Shown in pieces: positions 46,641 through 54,661 of a stretch of 64,000 bases of DNA. Source of the DNA: a virus; the IMG/VR virus record IMGVR_UViG_3300046780_000427, positions 8,059 to 72,058 of that record. The stretch is one strand, 5' to 3'. Position numbers and translations under genes: made by a program. The stretch's first letter is position 1, and each line of letters starts with the position of its first letter. Under the pieces are notes generated by a model. That model did not search any database. It was not told where the DNA came from and saw only the letters and a program-made list of their open reading frames with translations.

Positions 46641-48041
46641 GTGTGCGGCATCCTCGCCGCGGCCGCCCAGGTGGACCTGTGGCTGGCCCTCGGCAGCCTG
46701 GAGCACCGCGGCCCCGACGCGCAGGCGTGGCAGGAGCATGCCGGGGTCTCACTCGGGCAGACCCGGCTGGCTATCCAGGACCTCGCCCCGGCCGGCGGCG
46801 GCCTGTTCACGGCGGGCCCGGTGGTCTGCGCCTACAACGGGGAGCTGTTCAACGGCCCGGAGGTCCGGAGCCTGGTCGAGGCTGCCCGCCCGGGCTACGT
46901 GTGGCACACCCACGGGGACACGGAGACCGTCACCGCCGCCCTCGGCGTCCTGCACCCGCAGGACGCCCTCGCCGCCTTCGACGGCATGTTCGCCGTCGCC
47001 TGGGCTGACACCCGGCACCCGGGGGTCCTGTTCTGCGCGAGGGACAGGTTCGGGGAGATCCCCCTGCACATCCACCGGCACATCCCGGCGCTGGTCGCCT
47101 CAGAGATCAAAGCGTTCGCCGCGCTTGGCCGCAGGTGCGGCGACGCGGTGATGGAGATCCCCCCGGCGTCGGTGTGCTCGATCCGGCATGCCGGCGCGCA
47201 GGTCACCGTCTCCCGGTACCTCCCTGCCCTGCCACCGGTCCCCGCACCTCCCACGGACCCGCCCGCGGAACTGCGCCGCCGGATCCGCGCCGGGGTGACC
47301 GCCCGGCTGATCAGCGACGCCCCGATATGCACGCTGCTGTCCGGTGGGCTGGACTCCGCGGTGATCGCCTACGAGCTGGGCCTCCTGGTCCCGGGCCTGG
47401 TGGCCTACACCGCGGTCATGGACAAGCACTCCCCCGACCTCCGCGCCGCTAGGGTCTGCGCGGAGCATCTTGGGGTGGAGCTGCGTGAGGTCACCATCGA
47501 CCCGCCGTCCGCCGATGACCTGGCGAACGTGGTGCGGCAGATCGAGCAGCCGCACAAGGCGCAGGTGGAGATCGGGTGGCCGTGCCTGGCACTGGCCAGG
47601 CAGATCCGTGAGGACGGGTTCAAGGTCACCTACTCCGGGGAAGGCGCCGATGAACTGTGGGCCTCCTACGGGTTCGCCTACCACGGCGTCAAGCAGCACG
47701 GCTGGTTTGGGTACCGGTTGCGGTTGATCACCGAGCAGCACCGGAAGAATTTCCCGAGGGTCAATAAGGCGTTCATGGCCCACGCGGTGGAGGCACGGTT
47801 GCCGTGGCTGGACCCCGGTGTCGTCGGCGTGGCCCTCGCCCTCCCGGTGGGCCTGGTCCGCACCCGTGGCCGGCTCAAAGGCATCGTGGAGGACGCCTAC
47901 CACGACGTACTGCCGGGCAAGATCCTGGCCCGGTCCAAACTGGCATTCCAGGACGGCCTGGGGATGAAGGAAGCCGCCGCCTCGGTGGCGGTCAAACCAA
48001 GGGAGTTCTACGGTGTCGAGTACCGCCGGGCATATAGCTGA
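46641..48041 (+). CDS. asnB: Asparagine synthetase B-like glutamine amidotransferase
   Basis: MCGI Ntn nucleophile, HRGPD, RLAI, NGELFN, RDRFG, LLSGGLDS, SGEGADEL. Confidence 0.9.
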   Translation: MCGILAAAAQVDLWLALGSLEHRGPDAQAWQEHAGVSLGQTRLAIQDLAPAGGGLFTAGPVVCAYNGELFNGPEVRSLVEAARPGYVWHTHGDTETVTAALGVLHPQDALAAFDGMFAVAWADTRHPGVLFCARDRFGEIPLHIHRHIPALVASEIKAFAALGRRCGDAVMEIPPASVCSIRHAGAQVTVSRYLPALPPVPAPPTDPPAELRRRIRAGVTARLISDAPICTLLSGGLDSAVIAYELGLLVPGLVAYTAVMDKHSPDLRAARVCAEHLGVELREVTIDPPSADDLANVVRQIEQPHKAQVEIGWPCLALARQIREDGFKVTYSGEGADELWASYGFAYHGVKQHGWFGYRLRLITEQHRKNFPRVNKAFMAHAVEARLPWLDPGVVGVALALPVGLVRTRGRLKGIVEDAYHDVLPGKILARSKLAFQDGLGMKEAAASVAVKPREFYGVEYRRAYS

Positions 48042-48807
48042 ACCTGCCAGGGTCGAGGGACTGCGGGACCTGGCCCCCGATCCCAGGTCGGACCTGGCTG
48101 GCCGGTTCCCCGGCGGCGGGTGGCAGTTCACCTCCGAAGTCGCAGCGGTGTTCGATGATCATGTGCGCGCGTCGGTGCCGTTCTACGATGCGATCCAGTC
48201 GCTGATCGCGGAGCTGGCGGACTGGCTCCTCCCCGCGGGGGGCCTCCTGGCCGACCTGGGTTGCTCGACGGGGAACACTGCCGCGGCGATCCTCATGCGG
48301 CAGCCCGACCGGGGCCTGCGCGTGCACCTGTACGACGAGTCGGTGCCGATGCTGGCCAAGGCCCGGCCCATGCTCGAGGGGCTGGCACCGGGCCGCGTGG
48401 CAGCGACGATCGGCCGGCTCCCCGGTGAGGGACTGGAACACGCCGGCGCGGACCTGACGGTGGCCGCGTTCCTGCTCCAGTTCCTGCCCTGGGCGGACAG
48501 GTTCCGGCTGCTGTGCATGGCCCGGGCGGCGGCTGCGGAGACGGGTGCGCTGATCCTCGCGGAGAAGACCCGCCCCGCTGACTCCCGGTGGGCGGAGATC
48601 GCCGCTGAGGTCTCCCACGATGTGAAGGAATCCAACGGGATCACCGCCGGGGAGATCCGGGCCAAGGCCCGGTCGCTGCGCGGCGTCCTGCTCCCCGGCC
48701 GCCTGGACTATGTGATGGCACAGGCCGAGGAGGCCGGGTGGTGTTCCCCGGAGGTCCTGTTCCGGTGGCATTCGTGGGCAGTGATCGGCGCGTTCGCTAC
48801 GCCCTGA
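48013..48807 (+). CDS. cmoA: CmoA-like carboxy-S-adenosylmethionine synthase
   Basis: WQF..EVA.VFDD.V..SVPFY, DLGCSTG, LQFL, LILAEK, HD.K..NG....EI..K...L.GV, collinear with CmoA. Confidence 0.8.
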   Translation: MSSTAGHIAEPARVEGLRDLAPDPRSDLAGRFPGGGWQFTSEVAAVFDDHVRASVPFYDAIQSLIAELADWLLPAGGLLADLGCSTGNTAAAILMRQPDRGLRVHLYDESVPMLAKARPMLEGLAPGRVAATIGRLPGEGLEHAGADLTVAAFLLQFLPWADRFRLLCMARAAAAETGALILAEKTRPADSRWAEIAAEVSHDVKESNGITAGEIRAKARSLRGVLLPGRLDYVMAQAEEAGWCSPEVLFRWHSWAVIGAFATP

Positions 48808-48828
48808 GGCTGGACACCCTCCCGCTAA

Positions 48829-48873
48829 CCCCTGCTACTGTTCACAGGTAAGCATTCCCCTGGAGAGAGGGAC
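48829..48873 (+). promoter_or_regulatory. Conserved cassette leader C
   Basis: cccctgcTACTGTtcacaggtaagca...ggagagagggac. Confidence 0.75.
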
Positions 48874-48880
48874 ACCTGAA

Positions 48881-49321
48881 ATGGCTGCAACCGCCACCAC
48901 CACCCGCAAGGCCGGCGACGTGATCGGCGTAGACCACCCGGACTACGACGGCCAGCGCTGGGTGATCAGCAAGGCCGGCCCCGCCAACTACTCCTGCCGC
49001 CCCGAGGGCGACCCGCAGGCCCGCGGCCTCCGGGTCCCGCACTACATGGCCACCGACCCGCCCGAGGCCGGCACCGTGTCCCGCCGGACCAACCGCCCCG
49101 CCGGCCTGCGCGTCGGCGCGTTCGTCACCGGCGCCCGTGCCCGTGGCCTCACCCCCGAGACTGTCCTGTTCGTCACCAAGGACGGCCCGGACAAGGTGAC
49201 CGTGACCCTCCCCGGCGGCGACGACCTGTGCCGGCACTGGAACCTCCCGGTCCGTGGCCTGACCGTGGTCCCGCTCAGCGTCGCCGCCGAGATGCTGTAC
49301 CGGGAGCACTGCTCCGCGTGA
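48881..49321 (+). CDS. Hypothetical protein (SH3/KOW-like)
   Basis: Follows leader C; ends before a hairpin at ~49332-49367. Confidence 0.65.
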   Translation: MAATATTTRKAGDVIGVDHPDYDGQRWVISKAGPANYSCRPEGDPQARGLRVPHYMATDPPEAGTVSRRTNRPAGLRVGAFVTGARARGLTPETVLFVTKDGPDKVTVTLPGGDDLCRHWNLPVRGLTVVPLSVAAEMLYREHCSA

Positions 49322-49396
49322 CCCTGTGACTGCCCGCCCGAGCCGGCCTGCCCCGGTCCGGGCGGGTTCATGTTCCCTATGGGCAACTGTCCCTAA

Positions 49397-49439
49397 CCCC
49401 TGCTACTGTTGACACGTAAGCAACCCGGAGAGAGGGAAC
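49397..49439 (+). promoter_or_regulatory. Conserved cassette leader D
   Basis: cccctgcTACTGTtgacacgtaagca...ggagagagggaac. Confidence 0.75.
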
Positions 49440-49442
49440 CCG

Positions 49443-49658
49443 ATGACTGACATGACCGAATGGAACAGGGCCTACACCGAGGCCAACACCGCCGCCCTGA
49501 CCAGCTACAAGGCATATTCGCTGCCTGACCTCGCCGCCGCGAAGCGGGCCCTGTGCGACACCTCCCAGCTGGTCAACTACCCGGACCTGCCCTCACAGGG
49601 ACGCCTCGACGGCACCATCGCCGCCGTTGACACCCTGATGGAGAGGATCGCCCGATGA
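49443..49658 (+). CDS. Hypothetical protein
   Basis: Follows leader D. Confidence 0.65.
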   Translation: MTDMTEWNRAYTEANTAALTSYKAYSLPDLAAAKRALCDTSQLVNYPDLPSQGRLDGTIAAVDTLMERIAR

Positions 49659-49972
49659 GCACGTTCACTACTGCCCCGGCGTCGAACACCCGCGTCGTCG
49701 TTGACCACGACACCTACGGCCAGTACATCGGCCAGACCGGCACCGTTGTTGAGATCACCCCCGCGCTGGCCGCGATCAAGTCCGTTGACCTGACCGGGAC
49801 CGTGTGGGTGTACCTGGACGGGCAGCGGGACTATGATGCGACCTCCGGTTATGCCAGGTCTGAGCCGGTCGGGTTCGACCCGTCTGAGCTGGCCCCCGCC
49901 GTGACCGTTGGCACCCCGGACCTGACTACTGACACGGACCTGATCGAGCACGCCGCCAAGACGGCCTCATGA
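49655..49972 (+). CDS. Hypothetical KOW-like protein
   Basis: YIGQTGTVVE...V.LD...F.PSEL. Confidence 0.6.
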   Translation: MSTFTTAPASNTRVVVDHDTYGQYIGQTGTVVEITPALAAIKSVDLTGTVWVYLDGQRDYDATSGYARSEPVGFDPSELAPAVTVGTPDLTTDTDLIEHAAKTAS

Positions 49973-49984
49973 CCCCGAGGCCCT

Positions 49985-50027
49985 AACAGTCCTCCTGCCC
50001 CGGCATCAAGGCCGGGGCAGGGCTGTT
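49985..50027 (+). terminator. Hairpin terminator
   Basis: cctgccccggc atcaag gccggggcagg with flanking aacag/ctgtt. Confidence 0.6.
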
Positions 50028-50183
50028 CTGGGTAGTCGATACCTGGCGTGCCCTTCCCGGGCCGCCATGGTGCCGCGTGGCGCTGCTGGCGCTATGCCTG
50101 GCGATACCGGGGCCGCAAGATGAGCTACTACTCATCGCCATCACTGCTCTACTCCGCGCACGGAAGGCAAGGAAGGAAGCGGC

Positions 50184-50342
50184 ATGACGCCATATGCCAA
50201 AGCGAGGGCATTCATGCTAGGCGTGATTGAGTTTCGCCGCACCTGGACTACGCACATTTCCGACGATTGTATTAATGCCTATGACCGCGGGCGGGAGATT
50301 GCTCATCGTCTCACGCTGCGTAGATGGGAAGACGAGTCATGA
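50184..50342 (+). CDS. Small hypothetical protein (low-GC cassette)
   Basis: AAGGAAGG RBS; MTPYAKARAFMLGVIEFR...AYDRGREIAHRLTLRRWE. Confidence 0.6.
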   Translation: MTPYAKARAFMLGVIEFRRTWTTHISDDCINAYDRGREIAHRLTLRRWEDES

Positions 50343-50443
50343 CTCAGGAACAGATACAGGCCATTGCGGATGCCTGCCACCAACACGGCTACAACTTCGA
50401 GCTAGCACTGCGCACGGCGCAGCGTGACGGCGTACCGCTCTAA
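50339..50443 (+). CDS. 34-aa hypothetical protein
   Basis: ATGA-coupled to 50184..50342. Confidence 0.4.
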   Translation: MTQEQIQAIADACHQHGYNFELALRTAQRDGVPL

Positions 50444-50499
50444 TGTCCGGGTGAGCGTGACCCTGGCCTGACCCAGGGCCTAGGACGGGCGCGGCGGGC

Positions 50500-50518
50500 T
50501 GTCAACAAACTGTTGACA
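50500..50518. promoter_or_regulatory. TGTCAA-N7-TTGACA palindrome upstream of leader E
   Basis: tgtcaa caaactg ttgaca. Confidence 0.75.
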
Positions 50519-50542
50519 GGAGGGATGGTCTCCCCCGCCGCG

Positions 50543-50586
50543 CCCCTGCTATTCTGAACACGTAAGCAGGACCCGGAGAGAGGGAC
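50543..50586 (+). promoter_or_regulatory. Conserved cassette leader E
   Basis: cccctgcTATTCTgaacacgtaagca...ggagagagggac. Confidence 0.75.
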
Positions 50587-50590
50587 CCAG

Positions 50591-50887
50591 ATGATCGACT
50601 ACAGCACCACCGCAGAGATCGAATTCGGCGACCCTGAGACCATCGAGGTCGGCCAGCTCCAGGTAGGCGACTACGTGGTGAGCATCCCGGCGCAGGGCAG
50701 GACCCGAGGCACCAACGTCCGGTCAGCGGTCAAGCAGATCACCGAACGGCCGACCGGCTGGTACACCCAGTCCAGGCCCCGCGGCCCGAAGTTCCCGATC
50801 CCCTCGCGGGTGCTGGCGTTCCTGTCCACCGAGGACAGGTTCGACGTGGCCTGCTCCTACCAGGTGATCGTCCGCCGCCCGATCTGA
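50591..50887 (+). CDS. Hypothetical protein
   Basis: Follows leader E. Confidence 0.65.
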   Translation: MIDYSTTAEIEFGDPETIEVGQLQVGDYVVSIPAQGRTRGTNVRSAVKQITERPTGWYTQSRPRGPKFPIPSRVLAFLSTEDRFDVACSYQVIVRRPI

Positions 50888-50926
50888 CCCTGACCGGCCC
50901 GGCCCTTTGGAGAGAGGGAACTGACA

Positions 50927-51166
50927 ATGAACACTGACACCCAGGCCCGCCCGAATGAGCATGGCGTCACCTGGTCTCCGTCCAAGTCCGGCCGGATCCA
51001 GATCGCGGTTGGCCCCGATGAGCCCGGCGTCGGCCGCCACGTCGTCCGGGTGTGGCTGATCAGGACCGGCACCCACGACCTGGCCAACGGCTCCCGCACG
51101 TTCACTGGCCCGGACCGGGTCACTGAGGCCCGCGAGTACGCCAACGAGCTGTGGAGGACCCGGTGA
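50927..51166 (+). CDS. Hypothetical protein
   Basis: GGAGAGAGGGAAC RBS; EAREYANELW. Confidence 0.65.
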   Translation: MNTDTQARPNEHGVTWSPSKSGRIQIAVGPDEPGVGRHVVRVWLIRTGTHDLANGSRTFTGPDRVTEAREYANELWRTR

Positions 51167-51531
51167 TACTGACCTGGCGCAGGCTCGCCTCCGGGAACTA
51201 CGCGGCATTCGGTGAGGGCGGGTGGTTCTACCTCGCCGGTCGGCTCGACTCCGGGTGGTTCCTGGAGGAGGGACCCGCCGACGACGCAGGCACCTGTGAG
51301 ACCGTCTACCGGCTCCGCACGCTGGGCGCGGCGCAGGCCGAGGCTGAGGAGCAAGAGGAGACCTCCGGGCTCCTGTGCGGCCGCTACAACATCACCCGGC
51401 CCCACGCAGCGGAGCTGATGGCAGCCGCCCGGAAACACCCCGACCGGGCCTGCTTCCGCACCCGTTACCAGACCGTCCAGCTTGGCACCGACGCGGGCGG
51501 GTACACGGTGGAGGTCCTTGACGCCGTGTAG
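51163..51531 (+). CDS. Hypothetical protein
   Basis: Coupled; RTL..AQAEAE motif. Confidence 0.6.
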   Translation: MILTWRRLASGNYAAFGEGGWFYLAGRLDSGWFLEEGPADDAGTCETVYRLRTLGAAQAEAEEQEETSGLLCGRYNITRPHAAELMAAARKHPDRACFRTRYQTVQLGTDAGGYTVEVLDAV

Positions 51532-51683
51532 AAACGTGTTACCGTCAGGACTGGCCCCCGCCCTCCCCCCCGGCGGGGGCCGATCCCTGTCAGGAGGGAA
51601 GTGATGCCCCTGGCCAGCCCTGACGCCTTTGATCTCATCCTGTGCCCCGGTCCTCGGATCTCCTCCAGGCCGGGGCACAGGCG

Positions 51684-51702
51684 TGTCAATGGGATGTTGA
51701 CA
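51684..51702. promoter_or_regulatory. TGTCAA-N7-TTGACA palindrome upstream of leader G
   Basis: tgtcaa tgggatg ttgaca. Confidence 0.75.
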
Positions 51703-51725
51703 ACCCGGCTGGTCCTCCCGCCTAA

Positions 51726-51770
51726 CCCCTGCAATGATTGACATGTAAACAGCACCCTGGAGAGAGGGAC
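51726..51770 (+). promoter_or_regulatory. Conserved cassette leader G
   Basis: cccctgcAATGATtgacatgtaaaca...ggagagagggac. Confidence 0.7.
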
Positions 51771-51772
51771 CC

Positions 51773-52006
51773 ATGTTCACTAGCGCTGACGGGACATGGC
51801 GGGTGCGGCCCGTCGAGCTGGACCAGCCGCTCCGCCCCTGTGCGATGGCGTCCCTGCCCGGTGCCCCCGCCGAGCACCTGTGCGTCACCCGGCACGGGTT
51901 CGTCGTCGCGAACGTTCCGGCCCCGCGGCTGCCCTCGGGGCTCCTGGACCTGGCGGCCCTTGCCGCCGTGCTCCCGTTCCCCCTGGCTGAGCTGAGGCCC
52001 GCATGA
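51773..52006 (+). CDS. Hypothetical protein
   Basis: Follows leader G. Confidence 0.6.
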   Translation: MFTSADGTWRVRPVELDQPLRPCAMASLPGAPAEHLCVTRHGFVVANVPAPRLPSGLLDLAALAAVLPFPLAELRPA

Positions 52007-52329
52007 AAGGCAACGTCTGGGACGACGGGCTCGGCGGGGTCCGGCTCCTGTCCGGGCAGTGCGCGACGTGCATCTACCGGCCTGGCAACCCGATGCGCCT
52101 GGAGCCCGGCCGCCTTCAGGACATCACCGCCTCGGCCCGCGAAGCGGACGGGTATGTGATCTGCCACGACACCCTGTCCTATGGGGAGCACCCGGAGACC
52201 GGGGAGGCCCTGTGCCGGGGGTTCTACGACGCCTATCAAACCCGGTTCACCCAAGTAGGTGACCGGCTGTCCTGGTGGCGGGAGATCCCGCCTCCGGGCC
52301 TTACCCAAGGGGAAGAGTCCCGTGACTAG
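52003..52329 (+). CDS. Zn-binding hypothetical protein
   Basis: QCATCIYRPGNPM.L.PGR...CH.T...CRGF, common in actinophages. Confidence 0.65.
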   Translation: MKGNVWDDGLGGVRLLSGQCATCIYRPGNPMRLEPGRLQDITASAREADGYVICHDTLSYGEHPETGEALCRGFYDAYQTRFTQVGDRLSWWREIPPPGLTQGEESRD

Positions 52330-52477
52330 ATCAACTGCCCGCCGCGTCCGCCGCAACCTGTACCTGGCACAGCGGACCCTCGGTGACCTGGACGCGGCCT
52401 CCCGCGGCCGGCTCCCCCGCCGCCTGGTGCGCCGGCGGCTGACACGGTCGCTCATGCGGGCCTTGTCCGGGCGCTAG
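52322..52477 (+). CDS. Small Arg-rich protein
   Basis: LY..QR.LGD..A..RG...RRL.RR. Confidence 0.55.
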   Translation: MTRSTARRVRRNLYLAQRTLGDLDAASRGRLPRRLVRRRLTRSLMRALSGR

Positions 52478-52514
52478 GCCCTGTCCCTGGGACCTGGCAG
52501 GCTAGGCGGTTAGG

Positions 52515-52533
52515 TGTCAAGGATTCATTGACA
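52515..52533. promoter_or_regulatory. TGTCAA-N7-TTGACA palindrome upstream of leader H
   Basis: tgtcaa ggattca ttgaca. Confidence 0.75.
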
Positions 52534-52567
52534 TCCGGTGCGGTAAATGCTGGTTACCCTCCCGGCA

Positions 52568-52613
52568 CCCCTGCAATAATGGACACGTAAGCAACCCTTT
52601 GGAGAGAGGGAAC
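52568..52613 (+). promoter_or_regulatory. Conserved cassette leader H
   Basis: cccctgcAATAATggacacgtaagca...ggagagagggaac. Confidence 0.75.
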
Positions 52614-52614
52614 C

Positions 52615-53082
52615 ATGAACATCACGCAGACTGCCGGCACCGAGATCGCCGCCTACGCCCCCTCGGGTGTCCTGGCCCTGGTCCCCGACCTGACCCCGGT
52701 CCGGGTTGCCCCGGCCAAACCGGTCAAGCACTGCCAGGCCCCCGCCTGCGAGACGGTCATCGGCTCCCACGGTGACACCCCGAGGGCCAGGCTGGGCCGG
52801 CGGTTCTGCTCCGACACCTGCCAGCGCGCCGGCCGCCGCCACGAGCGCCACACTGAGACCGCCGACTACACCCGGATGGCTACCAGGGTGATCCGGAAGC
52901 TGGGGCAGCGGGTCGGCACCGACTTCGACCAGCTCGGGGAGCTGGCCGAGATCGCCGCCGCCGCCGACCAGGCGATGAGGGTTGCCGTCTCTGTGATGCG
53001 CGAGCGGGGCCTGTCCTGGGCTCTGATCGGGGACCAGCTCGGCATCACCCGGCAGGCCGCGCAGCAGCGCTTCGGCCGGTAA
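52615..53082 (+). CDS. Zn-finger plus HTH DNA-binding protein
   Basis: C...C...FCSDTC; GLSWALIGDQLGITRQAAQQRF HTH. Confidence 0.75.
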   Translation: MNITQTAGTEIAAYAPSGVLALVPDLTPVRVAPAKPVKHCQAPACETVIGSHGDTPRARLGRRFCSDTCQRAGRRHERHTETADYTRMATRVIRKLGQRVGTDFDQLGELAEIAAAADQAMRVAVSVMRERGLSWALIGDQLGITRQAAQQRFGR

Positions 53083-53129
53083 AAAACAATCTGAGGGCGG
53101 GGCCGGGAACGCTGGCGCTGCCCTCCACT

Positions 53130-53172
53130 CCCCTGCAATAATGGACACGTAAGCTACTGGAGGAGAGGGAAC
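53130..53172 (+). promoter_or_regulatory. Conserved cassette leader I
   Basis: cccctgcaataatggacacgtaagc, 25 nt identical to leader H. Confidence 0.75.
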
Positions 53173-53175
53173 CCG

Positions 53176-53835
53176 ATGGCGCACCCGATAAGAGCCACCG
53201 TTCTGCACCCGAGCACCACCCAGCAGGGATACAAGTACCGGGGCGCGCTGCGCGATGCCCAGGGCCGGGTCGAGTGGACCTGTGAGCACCTGCACGCCAA
53301 CCGGGACATGAGCCCTGGTATCCGCCAGTCCGCGCGGGACTGCGCCGCCGCTGAGCTGGCCCGGCGCACCACGGAGGCAGCACCCAAACCGGGCCCGGTC
53401 ACCTGCCGGACTGTCGTACCGCACAGCGACCAGGGAGAAGCCATGAGCGGTGACCTGACTGCCTTCCTGCGGGCGCGGCTCGATGAAGATGAGGCCGAAG
53501 CAAAGGCGACGGCAGACGCCGACGCGGAGTTCTGGGCCGACGTCAAGGGAGACGGCACCCACTTCGGCCTCCACGACCCGGCCCGCGTGCTCCGCGAGGT
53601 CGCGGCCGGGCGGGCGATCCTGGGTCTGCATCACCCCACGCAACCGCATCCAGAGTTTGGCTTCACCTATCCAGGGGCGGCGAAGTTCTGCGGCTACGAC
53701 GGACCCGGGGACAACTGGCAGGCCGAGCATGAACCGGATCACTTCCCAGATGCCCTGTGGCCCTGCTGGACCGTGCGCCTGCTCGCCGCCGTGTACAGCG
53801 ACCACCCGGGCTACCGGCCGGAGTGGAAGCCCTAG
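53176..53835 (+). CDS. Hypothetical N-terminal domain fused to DUF6221 (internal start at 53443)
   Basis: DLTAFLRARLDEDE...HDPARVLREVAA...YSDHPGYRPEW. Confidence 0.7.
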   Translation: MAHPIRATVLHPSTTQQGYKYRGALRDAQGRVEWTCEHLHANRDMSPGIRQSARDCAAAELARRTTEAAPKPGPVTCRTVVPHSDQGEAMSGDLTAFLRARLDEDEAEAKATADADAEFWADVKGDGTHFGLHDPARVLREVAAGRAILGLHHPTQPHPEFGFTYPGAAKFCGYDGPGDNWQAEHEPDHFPDALWPCWTVRLLAAVYSDHPGYRPEWKP

Positions 53836-53948
53836 TTCACCCGAGCGCACCGCCCTCCCGGCCGCGCCCGATTCCCCCGGATGGCTGCCATGACCGAGCA
53901 CGGCCCATTCCTGGAGGTCACCCGCCGCCCCTAGCCGGCTGTCACCCG

Positions 53949-53994
53949 CCCCTGCTACTGTTTACACGTAAAGCACCCTTTGGAGAGAGGGAAC
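53949..53994 (+). promoter_or_regulatory. Conserved cassette leader J
   Basis: cccctgcTACTGTttacacgtaaagca...ggagagagggaac. Confidence 0.75.
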
Positions 53995-53999
53995 CTGAC

Positions 54000-54296
54000 A
54001 TGACACTGACCGCCGCCGACGTGGCCGCCACCCTCGACAACCCGGAGCACCTGGGGTTCGGGTACGCCCGCACCCGCGCCGATGGGCTGCCGGAGGCCAC
54101 GGTCACGGCCCTGGACGCCGCTGTCGCCGCCGTCGCCAACGAGCTGGGCCTGACCGCCGGGCAGTTGTTCCACTGGTCGAACTCCAAGCACGGCCGGTGG
54201 CTGACCGACGCCGTGTGGGGCCGCGGCGAGCCCGCCACCCCGGCCACCGTCCGCGAGTACCTGACCGCGCGCACCGTCGCGCAGGCGCAAGCATGA
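54000..54296 (+). CDS. Hypothetical protein
   Basis: Follows leader J; LF.W.NSK.GRW motif. Confidence 0.65.
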   Translation: MTLTAADVAATLDNPEHLGFGYARTRADGLPEATVTALDAAVAAVANELGLTAGQLFHWSNSKHGRWLTDAVWGRGEPATPATVREYLTARTVAQAQA

Positions 54297-54646
54297 GCCG
54301 GTACACGGTCTGGGCCGGCAAGCCCCTGGCCGACCAGCCCGCCACCCCCACCCGGCCAGCCTCAACAGGCCGGCATGCGCAAACCTACCGGCGCACCGTC
54401 ACCGGCACCCGGGCCCAGGCGATGGCCGTCGCTGTCGCCGTCCCCGACGATGACCTGCATTCGCTGGTCACCGTGGACAGGTACGACGGATGGGACCGGC
54501 TCCTCCGGCACCACAAGACGACCCGTGTGGCGAAGCGGATCCACGGGGCCTGGCTGACCGGCCAGATGCTCGCCGACCACGACGAGGCCGCCCGGATCGA
54601 CCGGGCTAGCAAAGCACTGGCCGCCGCAACAGCGGCAGCAAACTGA
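54293..54646 (+). CDS. Hypothetical protein
   Basis: Coupled ORF. Confidence 0.55.
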   Translation: MSRYTVWAGKPLADQPATPTRPASTGRHAQTYRRTVTGTRAQAMAVAVAVPDDDLHSLVTVDRYDGWDRLLRHHKTTRVAKRIHGAWLTGQMLADHDEAARIDRASKALAAATAAAN

Positions 54647-54661
54647 GAGAGGGAACCTGTC

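Noticed and set aside
46641-48041. asnB as an auxiliary metabolic gene for asparagine synthesis
   Set aside because: It is shorter than typical AsnB and translationally coupled between a DNA MTase and CmoA; a DNA-modification role fits better, though untested.
48013-48807. tRNA cmo5U modification pathway
   Set aside because: No CmoB or tRNA genes in the window; the only plausible Cx-SAM user nearby is the DNA MTase.
50500-52580. TTGACA half-sites as -35 boxes of the cassette promoters
   Set aside because: Spacing to the -10 hexamers is 30-41 bp, not about 17.
40134-54000. Leader repeats as CRISPR or integron attC array
   Set aside because: Spacing is irregular, repeats are degenerate promoter/RBS sequences rather than attC-like palindromes, and no integrase is present.
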